From assembly GCA_902542595.1 (NCBI GenBank), contig CACBVE010000001.1, forward strand, positions 1,533 through 65,532: 64,000 bases of DNA, read 5' to 3'. The notes below the pieces were generated by a model. The model saw only the letters and a program-made list of their open reading frames with translations, was not told where the DNA came from and made no database searches. Made by a program: the position numbers and the translations under genes. The stretch comes from an uncultured Prochlorococcus sp. (GTDB lineage Bacteria; Cyanobacteriota; Cyanobacteriia; PCC-6307; Cyanobiaceae). This document shows, in pieces, positions 9,588 through 20,699 of this stretch; the stretch's first letter is position 1, and every line of letters begins with the position of its first letter.

Positions 9588-10358
9588 ATGGTTGCTCTTC
9601 GTTTAATTCCTTGTTTAGATGTTGCCAATGGCAGAGTCGTTAAAGGTGTAAATTTTGTTAATTTGAGAGATTCAGGGGATCCTGTTGAATTGGCTTGTAG
9701 GTATTCTGATGAAGGTGCAGATGAATTAGTATTTTTAGATATAAGAGCAAGTTTTGAGAATAGAAATACCTTAGTTGACCTTGTTTCTAGAACAGCAAAA
9801 TCAGTAAAAATTCCTTTTACAGTGGGTGGAGGTATAGATTCTGTTTCTTCTATTAATGATCTTTTAAGAGCAGGAGCAGATAAAGTGAGTTTGAATTCTT
9901 CTGCCGTTAGAAATCCTGATTTAATTACTAAAAGTTCTAGAGAATTTGGTAATCAATGCATAGTGATAGCAATTGATGCTAGAAGAAAGGTTAATAAGGT
10001 TGATCAGTGGGATGTATATGTAAAAGGAGGGAGAGAGAATACTGGAATAGACGTATTAAGTTGGGCAAAGAAAGTTGAGGAATTAGGCGCGGGGGAAATA
10101 TTACTAACTTCAATGGATGGTGATGGAACTCAGAATGGATATGATTTAGATTTGACAGAATCGGTTGCAAATATTGTTAATATCCCAGTAATCGCTTCAG
10201 GAGGAGCAGGTTCTTTAGAAGATATTTATGATGTTTTCAAACGAGGCAGGGCATCTGCAGCACTTTTAGCATCATTACTTCACGATAAGAAACTTACTTT
10301 ACAAGAAATAAAAACTTTTCTCATCAAACAAAATCTTCCAATTAGACCATATGAATAA
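9588..10358 (+). CDS. hisF: Imidazole glycerol phosphate synthase cyclase subunit
   Basis: [38 protein letters not shown]. Confidence 0.97.
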   Translation: MVALRLIPCLDVANGRVVKGVNFVNLRDSGDPVELACRYSDEGADELVFLDIRASFENRNTLVDLVSRTAKSVKIPFTVGGGIDSVSSINDLLRAGADKVSLNSSAVRNPDLITKSSREFGNQCIVIAIDARRKVNKVDQWDVYVKGGRENTGIDVLSWAKKVEELGAGEILLTSMDGDGTQNGYDLDLTESVANIVNIPVIASGGAGSLEDIYDVFKRGRASAALLASLLHDKKLTLQEIKTFLIKQNLPIRPYE

Positions 10359-10398
10359 AATTAAATTTATCCTAAAAAAAGTACTTTAAATTTTAACG

Positions 10399-11100
10399 AT
10401 GAAATTCAGAAAAACTATCGAAGTCAAAAATATATTTAACAAAATCTCTAATAAATATGACTTTTTAAATAATCTATTAAGTTTCGGACTACACAAATTA
10501 TGGAAAAGGAAATTAGTTGATTTAGTGGAACCTTTAAATGGTGAAGATTGGGCTGATTTATGCTGTGGAACTGGAGATTTGGCATTTCTAATTTTTGATA
10601 GAGTAAGTCCAAAGGGCACAATTACTGGTATTGATAGTGCAGAGGAAATCCTTAATATTGCAAAGAGAAGATCAGAGATAAAAAAAAATAAATTTATTAA
10701 GTGGGAAATTAAAGATGTCTTAGAAATTAATAATTATTCAAAAAATTTTGATGGTATTTGTATGTCCTATGGATTAAGAAATTTGAATAATGTTGAAGAA
10801 GGAATAAAAAAAGTTTTTTCTCTTTTAAAGGATAAAGGGAGGGCAGGATTCCTGGATTTTAATCACTCAACAAAAAATTCTTTGTCTGATCTTTTTCAGA
10901 AAATATATTTGAGACTCATTGTAGTAAACATTTCAAGGCTCTTTAATTTAAGTCAAGAATACGAATATATTGAAAAAAGTATTAGAAATTTTCCAAAGAA
11001 AAATGAGCTTTTAAAAATTGCTAAGGAAGTTGGATTTAAAAAGGCTGAATATAGAACCCTTTGTTGGGGGCAAATGGGAATATTAATTTTAGCTAAATAA
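10399..11100 (+). CDS. menG: UbiE/MenG family methyltransferase (demethylphylloquinol methyltransferase)
   Basis: F..I..KYD.LNNLLSFGLH..WK, DLCCGTGD, SYGLRN. Confidence 0.88.
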   Translation: MKFRKTIEVKNIFNKISNKYDFLNNLLSFGLHKLWKRKLVDLVEPLNGEDWADLCCGTGDLAFLIFDRVSPKGTITGIDSAEEILNIAKRRSEIKKNKFIKWEIKDVLEINNYSKNFDGICMSYGLRNLNNVEEGIKKVFSLLKDKGRAGFLDFNHSTKNSLSDLFQKIYLRLIVVNISRLFNLSQEYEYIEKSIRNFPKKNELLKIAKEVGFKKAEYRTLCWGQMGILILAK

Positions 11101-11109
11101 ACAATTTAC

Positions 11110-11592
11110 TTATTTATTTTTTCTCCAACAAAACGAACACTTCCCCCATCGTTTTATTTCGCCCTCAGGAGTTGGGGCATTACAGAGCTTGCAAGTACTC
11201 ATATTATTTTTATTAATTCTGCTTGGGTGCTTTGCCCAAACTATTTTTGAATTAAAAGCTTTAATTTTTTTATTTTTAAGTTCATAATTTTGTATTATTT
11301 TTATCTCGTTCAAAGTTATCCCAATTCTCTCGATTCTCTCTTTTAATTTATGCTTGTTATAGATTAATGCTTGGCGCCATTGTGGTTGATTAACAGCAAT
11401 AGTAAGTATTTTTTTTTCAATATTTAATGGTTTGCATTCTTGAAATAATTCCAAACCGACTAAGTCCTTCCAGTTTTCGTTAACTTTAAAAAGCTTTTCT
11501 AAGTCTCCATATGATTTTTTGAAATCATCAAGACAATTTCTTAATGTATGTGGATTCCTTTTATTCACTATTGGTAAATAATTCTTGTCCAA
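11110..11592 (-). CDS. DUF721 / DciA-like protein with C-terminal Zn knuckle
   Basis: W.DLVG...C.P, W.Q.L, HPSR, CKLC....P.GE..RW..CSFC. Confidence 0.8.
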   Translation of the reverse strand: MDKNYLPIVNKRNPHTLRNCLDDFKKSYGDLEKLFKVNENWKDLVGLELFQECKPLNIEKKILTIAVNQPQWRQALIYNKHKLKERIERIGITLNEIKIIQNYELKNKKIKAFNSKIVWAKHPSRINKNNMSTCKLCNAPTPEGEIKRWGKCSFCWRKNK

Positions 11593-11667
11593 TTTGTAAA
11601 ATTTACTTATTAAGTCTAAAGTTAATCTAATCTTAAGAAAGATGCTCGTTGTTTTAACAAAGTATTT

Positions 11668-12417
11668 GTGAAAGTTATCGGATCAGCAGCTAAGACAGTT
11701 TTTTATTTAAAAAAAATTCAGGGTCAATATCCAAGTTGGACAATACAGTACAAAGTAAAATGTAAAAGTACTGAAAATGAGCTTTCAACCTGGCTTAGTA
11801 ATTCTGAAATGAAAAGAAATCAGCCTATAGCAATAATAGCAAGAGAACAGTTTTCAGGTTTTGGTCAAAACTCAAAAACTTGGGTCTCCCCAAAAGGAGG
11901 GATTTGGTTGAGTGCAGCTTATCCAATATTTTCAGAGGAATTTACTAGCCAAATATTTAGTTTGTCTATAGGGATTAAAATATGTGAAATGCTTAGAAAG
12001 GAGAATATAAATGTTTTTTTGAAATGGCCAAATGATATTCTTGTTGGTTCGAAAAAGTTGATTGGATTTTTGCCAAGGGTGATAACAAGAGGCAAGGAAA
12101 TTATCTATGTAAGGATAGGTCTTGGCATGAATTTTTTAAATCAAACTCCATCAGAGGGTATTTCATTATCAAAAGTACTTAAAACTAAGAATATTAATCA
12201 ACATTATTGGACAGCCAAAGTTCTTAAATCTTTTCATGATTCAATTGAATCTAATAACAAAAAAGAATATGTGATCAAATCGGCAAATAAGTTCCTCACT
12301 AAAGGATTTTTACCAAGTGGTTATTGTCCTAATACTTGGAAAATTAAGGATATTGATTCGAATGGGAATTTAAGGATACAAAATGGAACTCAACTGAAGG
12401 TACTTAGAAGGTTCTGA
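11668..12417 (+). CDS. birA: Biotin--acetyl-CoA-carboxylase ligase (no HTH domain)
   Basis: STEN, Q..G.GQ...WVSPKGGIWLS, LKWPNDIL...KK. Confidence 0.88.
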   Translation: MKVIGSAAKTVFYLKKIQGQYPSWTIQYKVKCKSTENELSTWLSNSEMKRNQPIAIIAREQFSGFGQNSKTWVSPKGGIWLSAAYPIFSEEFTSQIFSLSIGIKICEMLRKENINVFLKWPNDILVGSKKLIGFLPRVITRGKEIIYVRIGLGMNFLNQTPSEGISLSKVLKTKNINQHYWTAKVLKSFHDSIESNNKKEYVIKSANKFLTKGFLPSGYCPNTWKIKDIDSNGNLRIQNGTQLKVLRRF

Positions 12418-12419
12418 AT

Positions 12420-13106
12420 TTAATTAACTTTCAATTCAATTATTTTGCCATCTTTAAATTTAGCTATTTTTTTTGCGCGATTTGCAACTTCATCTTCATG
12501 CGTAACTAATACTATAGTTATTCCAGATTCATGCAGTTTGTCAAAAAGATCTAATACATCTTCAGTTGTTTTTGAGTCTAGTGCTCCGGTGGGTTCATCT
12601 GCTAATAATATTGCTGGGTTATTGATAATTGCCCTAGCAATAGCTACACGTTGTTGTTGACCTCCTGATAATTGATTAGGTCGATTATTAATTCTTTCAG
12701 AAAGACCAACTTTTTTTAAGGCATTCATACCTCGCTCTAATCTTTGCTCAGGCTCAATACCAGCATAAATCATTGGCAAAATAACGTTTTCAAGAGCAGT
12801 TGCATCTGAAAGAAGATGAAATTGTTGAAAAACGAAGCCTAATTTTTGATTACGTATTTCTGCTAGCTCATCATCAGACAAATTCTCAACAGGGATATCA
12901 TTTAACTTATAAACACCTTCAGATGGTCTATCTAAACATCCAATAATATTCATAGCTGTACTTTTCCCTGAGCCACTAGCACCCATTACAGCTAAATAAT
13001 CACCTTCATAAATTTCTAAATTTATACTGTCTAAGGCTTTAACAGTTAGATCATCTTTCCCATATGTTTTTGATATGCTTTCTAAACTTGCGACTTTCTT
13101 AGACAT
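12420..13106 (-). CDS. ABC transporter ATP-binding protein (LolD/SalX/MacB family)
   Basis: Walker A GASGSGKS, LSGGQQQRVAIAR, LADEPTGALD. Confidence 0.93.
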   Translation of the reverse strand: MSKKVASLESISKTYGKDDLTVKALDSINLEIYEGDYLAVMGASGSGKSTAMNIIGCLDRPSEGVYKLNDIPVENLSDDELAEIRNQKLGFVFQQFHLLSDATALENVILPMIYAGIEPEQRLERGMNALKKVGLSERINNRPNQLSGGQQQRVAIARAIINNPAILLADEPTGALDSKTTEDVLDLFDKLHESGITIVLVTHEDEVANRAKKIAKFKDGKIIELKVN

Positions 13107-13121
13107 TTATTAATAATTCTT

Positions 13122-14642
13122 CTAGGAAATATTGTTTGCTGTAGCAATAATGTCTTGTAAGAAAGGAGTTTCTGAAACTGCAGTATTGGCCAATTTAAAA
13201 AGAGGATTAGATAGAATTCCTCCAAGAGCAGTTACTGCTACACAAGTGTAAAGTGCAATTCTTAATGAAGGCAATCCTACAATGCCCCAATTAATTTCAG
13301 GATATGATTTGACTATTTCAGAAGCTTCCTGTGGTTCTTTAACGACCATCATTTTTATCACTGAAATGTAGTAATAAATAGATATAACTGAAGTTACTAA
13401 TCCAACGATTACTAAAAGATATTGATGATTTGCCCAACCTGCAAAGAACAAATATATCTTTCCAAAAAATCCTAACATTGGAGGTAACCCTCCAAGTGAT
13501 AAAAGACAAAGGCTTAGGCCTAATGTAATGAGAGGATCTTTTTGGTAAAGTCCTGAGTAATCAAGAATTCTATCAGAACCTGTTCGTAGAGAGAAAAGTA
13601 TTACACATGAAAATGCACCCAAATTCATAAACAAATACGCAGCCAAATACAAAACAGCAGCTGATAACCCATCTTGTGTGCCAGATACTATTCCAATCAT
13701 TACAAATCCTGCTTGACCAATAGAACTGTAAGCTAGCATCCTTTTCATTGAGGTTTGAGCTAGAGCTACAACATTTCCTAGAGCCATGCTCAAGATGGCC
13801 AAAATAGTAAATAAAAGTTTCCATTCTTCGTCAAAAGAAGAGAAAGTAGTGCTTAATATTCTTATTGCAAATGCAAACCCTGCTGTTTTTGAACCAACCG
13901 ATAAAAAGGCTACTACTGGAGTGGGTGATCCCTCATATACATCAGGCGTCCATTGATGAAAGGGAACTGCAGCTATTTTAAATGCAACAGTTGATAAAAC
14001 AAATACAAGAGCTAAAGAAGTAATGAATGATGGTTTGTTAATAATCTCTAAACCAATTGTTGCTAAGTTTGTTGAACCACTTAATCCATATAGAAAAGAG
14101 GAGCCATACAAATAGACAGCAGCTGCAGCTGACCCAACAAGTAAATATTTTAAAGCTGCTTCTGAACTTCTTGGATCTCTCTTGAGATAACCAGAAAGTA
14201 AATAGCTCGCGACAGATAAAGTCTCAAGAGATATAAATACACTAATAAGGTCAGTAGATCCACATAAAAGCATTGCTCCAAGAGTTGCCGAAAGAACTAT
14301 CGCTGCGAACTCCCCTAAGGGGCTGCCACTTTGTTCTGTATAACGCCAGCTTATGAGTAAAGAAACTAAAGTTGATAAAGCTATTATCGCTCTAAATGCG
14401 ATTGCCAAATTATCTGAATTGAAGGAACCAAGAAATGCACTATTTACTGGATTACTCCATTGCAAAGCTAAGCTAAAAAGAGAGCTTCCAATTGATAAAT
14501 AGCAAATTATTGGTGCCCACTTTGATGCGGTTTTTTCACCTGCTAAATCTACAAGAAGAGTTCCAACAATACCTAATAAGATAAAAGCCTCTGGAATGAT
14601 GGCTTGAGCATTTAAATTAATTGTAAAGATTTCGTTGGGCAC
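13122..14642 (-). CDS. ndhB: NAD(P)H-quinone oxidoreductase subunit 2 (NdhB)
   Basis: [42 protein letters not shown]. Confidence 0.97.
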   Translation of the reverse strand: MPNEIFTINLNAQAIIPEAFILLGIVGTLLVDLAGEKTASKWAPIICYLSIGSSLFSLALQWSNPVNSAFLGSFNSDNLAIAFRAIIALSTLVSLLISWRYTEQSGSPLGEFAAIVLSATLGAMLLCGSTDLISVFISLETLSVASYLLSGYLKRDPRSSEAALKYLLVGSAAAAVYLYGSSFLYGLSGSTNLATIGLEIINKPSFITSLALVFVLSTVAFKIAAVPFHQWTPDVYEGSPTPVVAFLSVGSKTAGFAFAIRILSTTFSSFDEEWKLLFTILAILSMALGNVVALAQTSMKRMLAYSSIGQAGFVMIGIVSGTQDGLSAAVLYLAAYLFMNLGAFSCVILFSLRTGSDRILDYSGLYQKDPLITLGLSLCLLSLGGLPPMLGFFGKIYLFFAGWANHQYLLVIVGLVTSVISIYYYISVIKMMVVKEPQEASEIVKSYPEINWGIVGLPSLRIALYTCVAVTALGGILSNPLFKLANTAVSETPFLQDIIATANNIS

Positions 14643-14817
14643 TTTATTAAATAGGATTAAATTAGATGATTGATTGTAATGGTCAAAGAGTTAATCTTAA
14701 CTTGATTATAATTTGTGGGTATGATTTTTGAAATTTTCAAGAGAAATTACTTGAAAAAGTTTCAAATAATCATAATATGCCCTAACTGAACAAAAACACC
14801 AATTTTTGAAATAAACC

Positions 14818-17424
14818 TTGGATCACACACTAGTTATTGTTGAAAGTCCTACTAAAGCAAAAACCATAAGAAAGTTTTTGCCTTCTAATTATGAAGTTCT
14901 TGCTTCAATGGGACATGTAAGAGATCTTCCAAAAGGGGCGGCTGAAATACCTGCTGCTGTCAAAAAGGAAAAATGGTCAAGGATAGGAGTTAATACAACG
15001 GAAGATTTTGAACCACTTTACATAGTTCCAAAAGATAAAAAAAAGGTTGTTAAAGAGCTGAAAGATGCATTGAAAGGTGCAACCCAACTATTACTGGCAA
15101 CTGATGAAGATAGAGAGGGAGAAAGTATCAGCTGGCATCTTCTTCAAATACTTAAGCCTAAAATACCAACTAAGAGAATGGTTTTTCATGAAATTACAAA
15201 AAAGGCAATTAATAAAGCTTTAGATCAAACAAGAGAAATTGATATGGAACTTGTTCAGGCTCAAGAAACCAGAAGAATCTTGGATAGGCTTTTTGGATAT
15301 GAATTATCACCTTTACTTTGGAAGAAGGTGGCCCCCCGATTATCTGCTGGTCGCGTTCAATCAGTTTCTGTAAGACTTCTTGTTAGAAGAGAGAGAGAAA
15401 GAAGATCCTTTAAAAAAGCTAGTTACTGGGGGATTAAAGCTTCCCTAGTAAAAGATAATGTTACTTTTGAAACTAAATTATTTAGCCTAAGTGGTCAAAG
15501 AGTTTCTAATGGTTCCGATTTCGATGAACAGACCGGCAAATTAAAACAAGGAAATAAATCTTTAATCATTGGAGAAGAAAAAGTAAATGATTTATTGAAG
15601 ACTTTTTCCTCCGAGGATTGGTTAGTCTCAAAAATTGAAAAAAAACCATCCACTCGTAAGCCAGTTCCTCCATTTACAACAAGTACATTGCAACAAGAAG
15701 CAAATAGGAAGCTTCGTTTGTCTGCAAGAGAAACTATGAGATGCGCACAAGGACTATATGAGAGAGGTTTCATAACATATATGAGGACTGATTCAGTTCA
15801 TCTTTCTGAGCAAGCCATAAGAGCTGCTAGAGAATGTGTAAGTTCTATGTATGGAAAAGAATATTTATCTAATTCACCAAGACAATTTAATTCAACTGCA
15901 AGAAATGCTCAAGAAGCACATGAAGCTATTAGGCCGGCAGGTGAGGTATTTAAAACACCAAAGGAAACTAATCTGAGTGGTAGAGACTTATCTCTTTACG
16001 ATTTAATTTGGAAAAGAACTGTAGCTAGTCAAATGGCGGAAGCTAGGCTAACAATGATCAATGCTGAAATTAGTGTTGGGGAAGGATTATTTAAATCAAG
16101 TGGCAAAAGTATTGATTTCGCAGGATTCTTCAGAGCTTATGTCGAGGGAAGTGATGACCCAAGTTCATCCCTTGAACAACAAGAAATTATTCTCCCAAAC
16201 CTAACAACTGGAACAAGTCTTGAAGTTACAAATAAGGAATCTACTTTTCATGAAACCAAACCGCCTGCAAGATATACAGAGGCTGCATTAGTAAAAGTTC
16301 TTGAAAAAGAAGGAATTGGAAGACCTTCTACCTATGCAAGCATTATTGGGACAATTGTTGATAGAGGTTATGCAAATATATCTTCAAATACTTTGGCTCC
16401 AACGTTTACAGCTTTTGCTGTTACCGCTCTATTAGAAGAACATTTTCCTGATCTGGTCGATACTACTTTTACTGCAAAAATGGAGTCTTCATTGGATGAA
16501 ATATCTTCAGGCAATCTTGAGTGGCTGCCATACCTAGAGACTTTCTATAAAGGTAAAAATGGCCTTGAGGTAAAAGTTCAGAAAACAGAGGGTGATATTG
16601 ATGGTAAAGCTTATAGACAAGTTGATTTCGAAGACCTTCCTTGCGTAGTGAGAATAGGCTCTAACGGCCCTTGGCTAGAGGGTACAAAAATTGATGAATC
16701 TGGTAATGAAATTCAAGCAAAAGGTAATCTTCCAATGGATATAACTCCAGGAGATTTAGATATAAAGCAAGTTGATCAAATTTTAAGTGGCCCTTCAGAT
16801 CTTGGAACTGATCCAAAAACTGGGGAAAAAGTCTTTTTAAGATTTGGCCCTTATGGACCTTACGTTCAATTGGGAAATAATGATCAAGATAAAGCAAAAC
16901 CAAGAAGAGCTTCATTACCCAAAGAGTTGAAAACTGATGATCTAACTCTAGATGAGGCTCTTGTACTTTTAAGTTTGCCTAGATTGTTAGGAGTTCATCC
17001 TGAGGGAGGTGTTGTTGAGGCTGATAGAGGAAGATTTGGACCTTATATTAAATGGATTAAAAATGAAAATGAATCTGAAAACAGATCATTAAAGAAAGAG
17101 GATGATGTTTTTACAGTTGATATACAAAGAGCATTAGAAATTCTTGCGATGCCAAAAATGGGTAGAGGCGGTCAAGAGGTAATTAAAGACTTTGGAAAAC
17201 CAAAAGAATTTAAAGAAAAAATCCAAATATTAAATGGAAGATATGGGGTCTATTTAAAATGTGGCAAAACTAATGTTTCGATTTCTAAAGATACTGACTT
17301 AGAAAAATTCACCATAGATGATGCTGTATCTCTCTTAGAAGAAAAACTAAAAGATAAAAAGGGCACTATTTTAAAAAAAACAAAGATAAGTAATAAAAAA
17401 ACTACACCGAAAAAGAAAAGTTAG
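14818..17424 (+). CDS. topA: DNA topoisomerase I
   Basis: LVIVESPTKAK, ATDEDREGE, SAGRVQS, catalytic ITYMRTDS, C-terminal GRFGPY repeats. Confidence 0.98.
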   Translation: MDHTLVIVESPTKAKTIRKFLPSNYEVLASMGHVRDLPKGAAEIPAAVKKEKWSRIGVNTTEDFEPLYIVPKDKKKVVKELKDALKGATQLLLATDEDREGESISWHLLQILKPKIPTKRMVFHEITKKAINKALDQTREIDMELVQAQETRRILDRLFGYELSPLLWKKVAPRLSAGRVQSVSVRLLVRRERERRSFKKASYWGIKASLVKDNVTFETKLFSLSGQRVSNGSDFDEQTGKLKQGNKSLIIGEEKVNDLLKTFSSEDWLVSKIEKKPSTRKPVPPFTTSTLQQEANRKLRLSARETMRCAQGLYERGFITYMRTDSVHLSEQAIRAARECVSSMYGKEYLSNSPRQFNSTARNAQEAHEAIRPAGEVFKTPKETNLSGRDLSLYDLIWKRTVASQMAEARLTMINAEISVGEGLFKSSGKSIDFAGFFRAYVEGSDDPSSSLEQQEIILPNLTTGTSLEVTNKESTFHETKPPARYTEAALVKVLEKEGIGRPSTYASIIGTIVDRGYANISSNTLAPTFTAFAVTALLEEHFPDLVDTTFTAKMESSLDEISSGNLEWLPYLETFYKGKNGLEVKVQKTEGDIDGKAYRQVDFEDLPCVVRIGSNGPWLEGTKIDESGNEIQAKGNLPMDITPGDLDIKQVDQILSGPSDLGTDPKTGEKVFLRFGPYGPYVQLGNNDQDKAKPRRASLPKELKTDDLTLDEALVLLSLPRLLGVHPEGGVVEADRGRFGPYIKWIKNENESENRSLKKEDDVFTVDIQRALEILAMPKMGRGGQEVIKDFGKPKEFKEKIQILNGRYGVYLKCGKTNVSISKDTDLEKFTIDDAVSLLEEKLKDKKGTILKKTKISNKKTTPKKKS

Positions 17425-17430
17425 AAAAAT

Positions 17431-17868
17431 ATGATTTTTAAAAAAAAAGAATTTTTTTTATTAATTTTTTTAATTTTCTTGCAATCATGCTCTGGAGGGA
17501 GTGTTGGAAATTTTCTTGAAAGTAGTTTTAATGATTTAGAAAAAACAAGCCAAAGTGAAGATTTACAAAATAATTCAGTAAATAAAAAAATTAAAAAAGC
17601 AGAAGAGCCAAAAAATGTCCCAGATTATAAAAAAGATATAAATTTAGAAAAGATACCAAAACAAAAAAATAAAAAAATTAAGAATCTTTCAAAAAAAAGA
17701 AAAATTGAGCTTCAATCCTACAAGCTAATATTAATTTTAAAAGATGTAGATCCAAAAGATCCCACGGAAGAGTTAAGTTCCATATTAAGTAATTCTGAGG
17801 TAGATTTTGAAATAGAAAAGATCGAACGTATTTTAGATTCAAAAAATAAAAGTATGAATAAAAATTAA
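17431..17868 (+). CDS. Hypothetical lipoprotein
   Basis: Basic N-terminus, hydrophobic stretch and lipobox LQSC. Confidence 0.75.
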   Translation: MIFKKKEFFLLIFLIFLQSCSGGSVGNFLESSFNDLEKTSQSEDLQNNSVNKKIKKAEEPKNVPDYKKDINLEKIPKQKNKKIKNLSKKRKIELQSYKLILILKDVDPKDPTEELSSILSNSEVDFEIEKIERILDSKNKSMNKN

Positions 17869-17890
17869 TTAAAAATATTCAAAAAAAAAA

Positions 17891-18529
17891 ATGAAAATAA
17901 CAACAAAAACTGAAGCATTAAATATTATCGAGACTTCATATTTAGCATCCCTTTCGTCTTTATTATGGGTAGCACTATATTATTTGCCCGTTGGTGGAGC
18001 TTTATTAAGGTTGATTTTACCCCTCCCAATGATCTTGTTGCACTTGAGAAGAGGAACTAAAATTGCATTGGAAGGACTTCTAGTACAATTTCTACTTCTG
18101 TTCATTATTATGGGTCCTGTCAGAGGAACCTTATTTTTATTTCCTTATGGGATTTTGGCTTTTTGGTTAGGATGGTGTTGGTTTAAAGAAAAGAGTTGGA
18201 GAATAAGTTTATTTATTGGTGTTATTATTGGAACCGTCGGTTTCTTTTTACGCGTAATAGCATTATCTACTTTGGTTGGAGATAATCTTTGGATCTTAAT
18301 TACTAGAGCAAGTTATGGACTTATAGAAAATTTTATTGGATTATTTAATTTACCTTTTGCCCCATCAATTTTAAGTATCCAATTAGGTGCAGTTTTATTA
18401 ATTGTTTTTCAAGAAATAGTCTATGTTTTAACTGTACATATAGTTGCCTATTCTCTTTTTCCAAGATTTAAATTAACTATCCCAGACCCTCCAAGAATAT
18501 TAATTAGCCTAGTTGATTTAAATCATTGA
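17891..18529 (+). CDS. DUF2232 integral membrane protein
   Basis: ETSYLAS, LPLP...LRRG, MGPVRG pattern; multiple TM helices; upstream of cobT. Confidence 0.82.
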   Translation: MKITTKTEALNIIETSYLASLSSLLWVALYYLPVGGALLRLILPLPMILLHLRRGTKIALEGLLVQFLLLFIIMGPVRGTLFLFPYGILAFWLGWCWFKEKSWRISLFIGVIIGTVGFFLRVIALSTLVGDNLWILITRASYGLIENFIGLFNLPFAPSILSIQLGAVLLIVFQEIVYVLTVHIVAYSLFPRFKLTIPDPPRILISLVDLNH

Positions 18530-18542
18530 TAAAAAAATAAGA

Positions 18543-19700
18543 ATGCATAGTACAGAGTTAGTAGTGAATTTTTTTGGTAGTGAATCCAATAAAAAAAATC
18601 AACTTAACAGAGTAAAGATACTAAAAAAAAATATAAAAAATTTTAAAATATTTCTTGTAATTGCAGGCACTAATACATCTCAAATTCCAGGAATTTCAGC
18701 TGCAGGTATTAATGCAAAATCAAGGAGAAAAACTGCGCTCGCAGATGCCGAATTTTTTCTTAAGGGTGCTTCAAAAGATCATAAGTATAAATTACCTCTC
18801 CTTAATGCAGGAGTAACTCCTGCCCTTATAAGTTATGTTTGTTCCAAACTTATTAATGTATATCCAGTTGTTGTTCCATTGGGAATAGGAGAAATACCTT
18901 ACTTTGATCATTTGGTTATAGAGGATAGTGATTTGGGACCATCAAGTTGTCTTACTACTGGTAAATCTATGACTAAAGATAGAGTTTTAAATCTCTATGA
19001 AAAAGGTCTTGCTATAGGAAAATCCTCAAAACAACCTATTTTAATTTCTGAATCTGTTCCAGGAGGCACTACAACTGCTCAGGCAGTAATGGAAGCTTTT
19101 GGTTTGAGGGTTTCTAATTTAGTGGGAAGTAGTTTATTCAAAGCTCCAAGAGAACTGAGAAAAAAAGTAGTTCAAACAGGACTTTTAAATGCAAATCTCA
19201 AGAATGATTTTGACTCTTTTGATGTTGTCGCGGCCGTAGGTGATCCTTTTCAAGCTTTCTCTATGGGTCTATTAATTGGTGCTAGGTTAGCAAAACAACC
19301 TGTCATATTGTCTGGGGGAAGTCAGATGTTAGCTATCATTTCGCTTGTATTAGAATTCTTAGATGTAAAAAATGAAGATAACTTTATTGAAGATGTTTTT
19401 ATTGCGACAACTGGGTGGCTTGTGAAAGATAATTCTCTAAATGATTTATTAAATCTAATTAATGAAAAATATGATGTTAAATTATTAGGTTTAGCAAGTC
19501 CTTTAAATTTTAAATCTTCAAAATACAAAGAATTGAAGGATTATGAATTAGGACATGTAAAAGAAGGTGTGGGTGCTGGTGGGATATCATTGCTTGCTTT
19601 CCTAGATGGATTTAAAAATCAAGAAATAGTTTCATTGTGTCAACAAAATCTGGAAATGATGAAGGGCCTAGGTCAAATTTCTTTAGAGAAGGATTTCTGA
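18543..19700 (+). CDS. cobT: Nicotinate-nucleotide--lower-ligand phosphoribosyltransferase CobT (TIGR00303 type)
   Basis: IPGISAAG, TALADAE, ESVPGGTTTA, LSGGSQM, GHVKEGVGAGG. Confidence 0.9.
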   Translation: MHSTELVVNFFGSESNKKNQLNRVKILKKNIKNFKIFLVIAGTNTSQIPGISAAGINAKSRRKTALADAEFFLKGASKDHKYKLPLLNAGVTPALISYVCSKLINVYPVVVPLGIGEIPYFDHLVIEDSDLGPSSCLTTGKSMTKDRVLNLYEKGLAIGKSSKQPILISESVPGGTTTAQAVMEAFGLRVSNLVGSSLFKAPRELRKKVVQTGLLNANLKNDFDSFDVVAAVGDPFQAFSMGLLIGARLAKQPVILSGGSQMLAIISLVLEFLDVKNEDNFIEDVFIATTGWLVKDNSLNDLLNLINEKYDVKLLGLASPLNFKSSKYKELKDYELGHVKEGVGAGGISLLAFLDGFKNQEIVSLCQQNLEMMKGLGQISLEKDF

Positions 19701-20699
19701 ATGTTTTCAAAATTTGCGACCAGAAGAGAATTTTTAAATCATGGTAAGCTTTCGTTTTTATTTCTCTTGAATTCTTGCAGTAATCTTCCTAATAAAGTAA
19801 AAATTGCACTTCAAAATTCTTTTTATCCAGAATCTTTTAGAGATACGATTCCAAAAGATTGGAAGAAGGAAAAAATTAATTTTGAAAGTATCAATCTACA
19901 AAAAAATAGAAACACAATTTTCAATTCTGACTTTACTTTAATTAACGATGGATGGATTACAAGTATAGATTTTTCAGAATTTGAAAAAATAAATGAATAT
20001 ACACTGATCGACAATTTGGATAAAAGATCGATAGATTTTTTGGGAAGTTTTAATCAAAATCAGAGAAGTAAATTATTTCCTATTGGCGTAGTACCTTATA
20101 CAATTATCATCAAAAATAATAAAGAATTAATAAATTCAGCAAGAACTTCTTGGGATTTTCTACTTTCTAAAAAATTAACCGGGAAAATTATTTTTCCAAA
20201 AAGTCCCAGAATAATTTTGTCAATTGCTCAAAAAATTAATTCTTCTAATTCTTTAAAAAAGCTCAAAAGCCAAGCAATGTTATTTGATGATAAAAATATG
20301 CTCAATTGGTTGATTAATTCTGATGCTTCTGTCGCAATAGTTCCTTATAGCCTCTGCTCAAAATATTTGAAAATAGATCCTAGGCTTTCTTTAGTTTTCC
20401 CAAGTCAAGGAGTACCTTTGATGTGGCATTTTCTACTTAGTCGATCAAATCTAAATAATGCAATATTAATTAAATGGATCAAATCTTTAGAAAATAAATC
20501 AATAGTAGATAAATTAGTAAGCCAGGGTTGGTATCTACCATTCAAAAGTGACTATTTGCAAAGTAAATACAAATCTGAGATTTTCCACATCTCAGGGCCT
20601 TCTGAGAAATGTTGGGAAAATAGTTGGTCGTTTCCTGTCTTAACAAATGAACAAAAAATTAATCTTAAAAATTTCTGGAATGATTCTTTAACCCCATAA
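19701..20699 (+). CDS. Putative solute-binding lipoprotein (divergent PotD-like) with Tat signal
   Basis: TRREFL twin-arginine motif plus lipobox LNSC; SWD.L, P..G..LMW motifs typical of polyamine-type binding proteins. Confidence 0.7.
   Translation: MFSKFATRREFLNHGKLSFLFLLNSCSNLPNKVKIALQNSFYPESFRDTIPKDWKKEKINFESINLQKNRNTIFNSDFTLINDGWITSIDFSEFEKINEYTLIDNLDKRSIDFLGSFNQNQRSKLFPIGVVPYTIIIKNNKELINSARTSWDFLLSKKLTGKIIFPKSPRIILSIAQKINSSNSLKKLKSQAMLFDDKNMLNWLINSDASVAIVPYSLCSKYLKIDPRLSLVFPSQGVPLMWHFLLSRSNLNNAILIKWIKSLENKSIVDKLVSQGWYLPFKSDYLQSKYKSEIFHISGPSEKCWENSWSFPVLTNEQKINLKNFWNDSLTP

Noticed and set aside
11845-11870. BirA biotin-binding loop reads QFSGFGQ instead of GRGR, suggesting inactivation
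   Set aside because: Other catalytic motifs (KWPND, KK..G) are intact and the ORF is full length, so this is more likely lineage divergence
17881-17891. A11 homopolymer before the DUF2232 start as a phase-variation switch
   Set aside because: It lies essentially outside the reading frame, and long A/T runs are common in this AT-rich DNA
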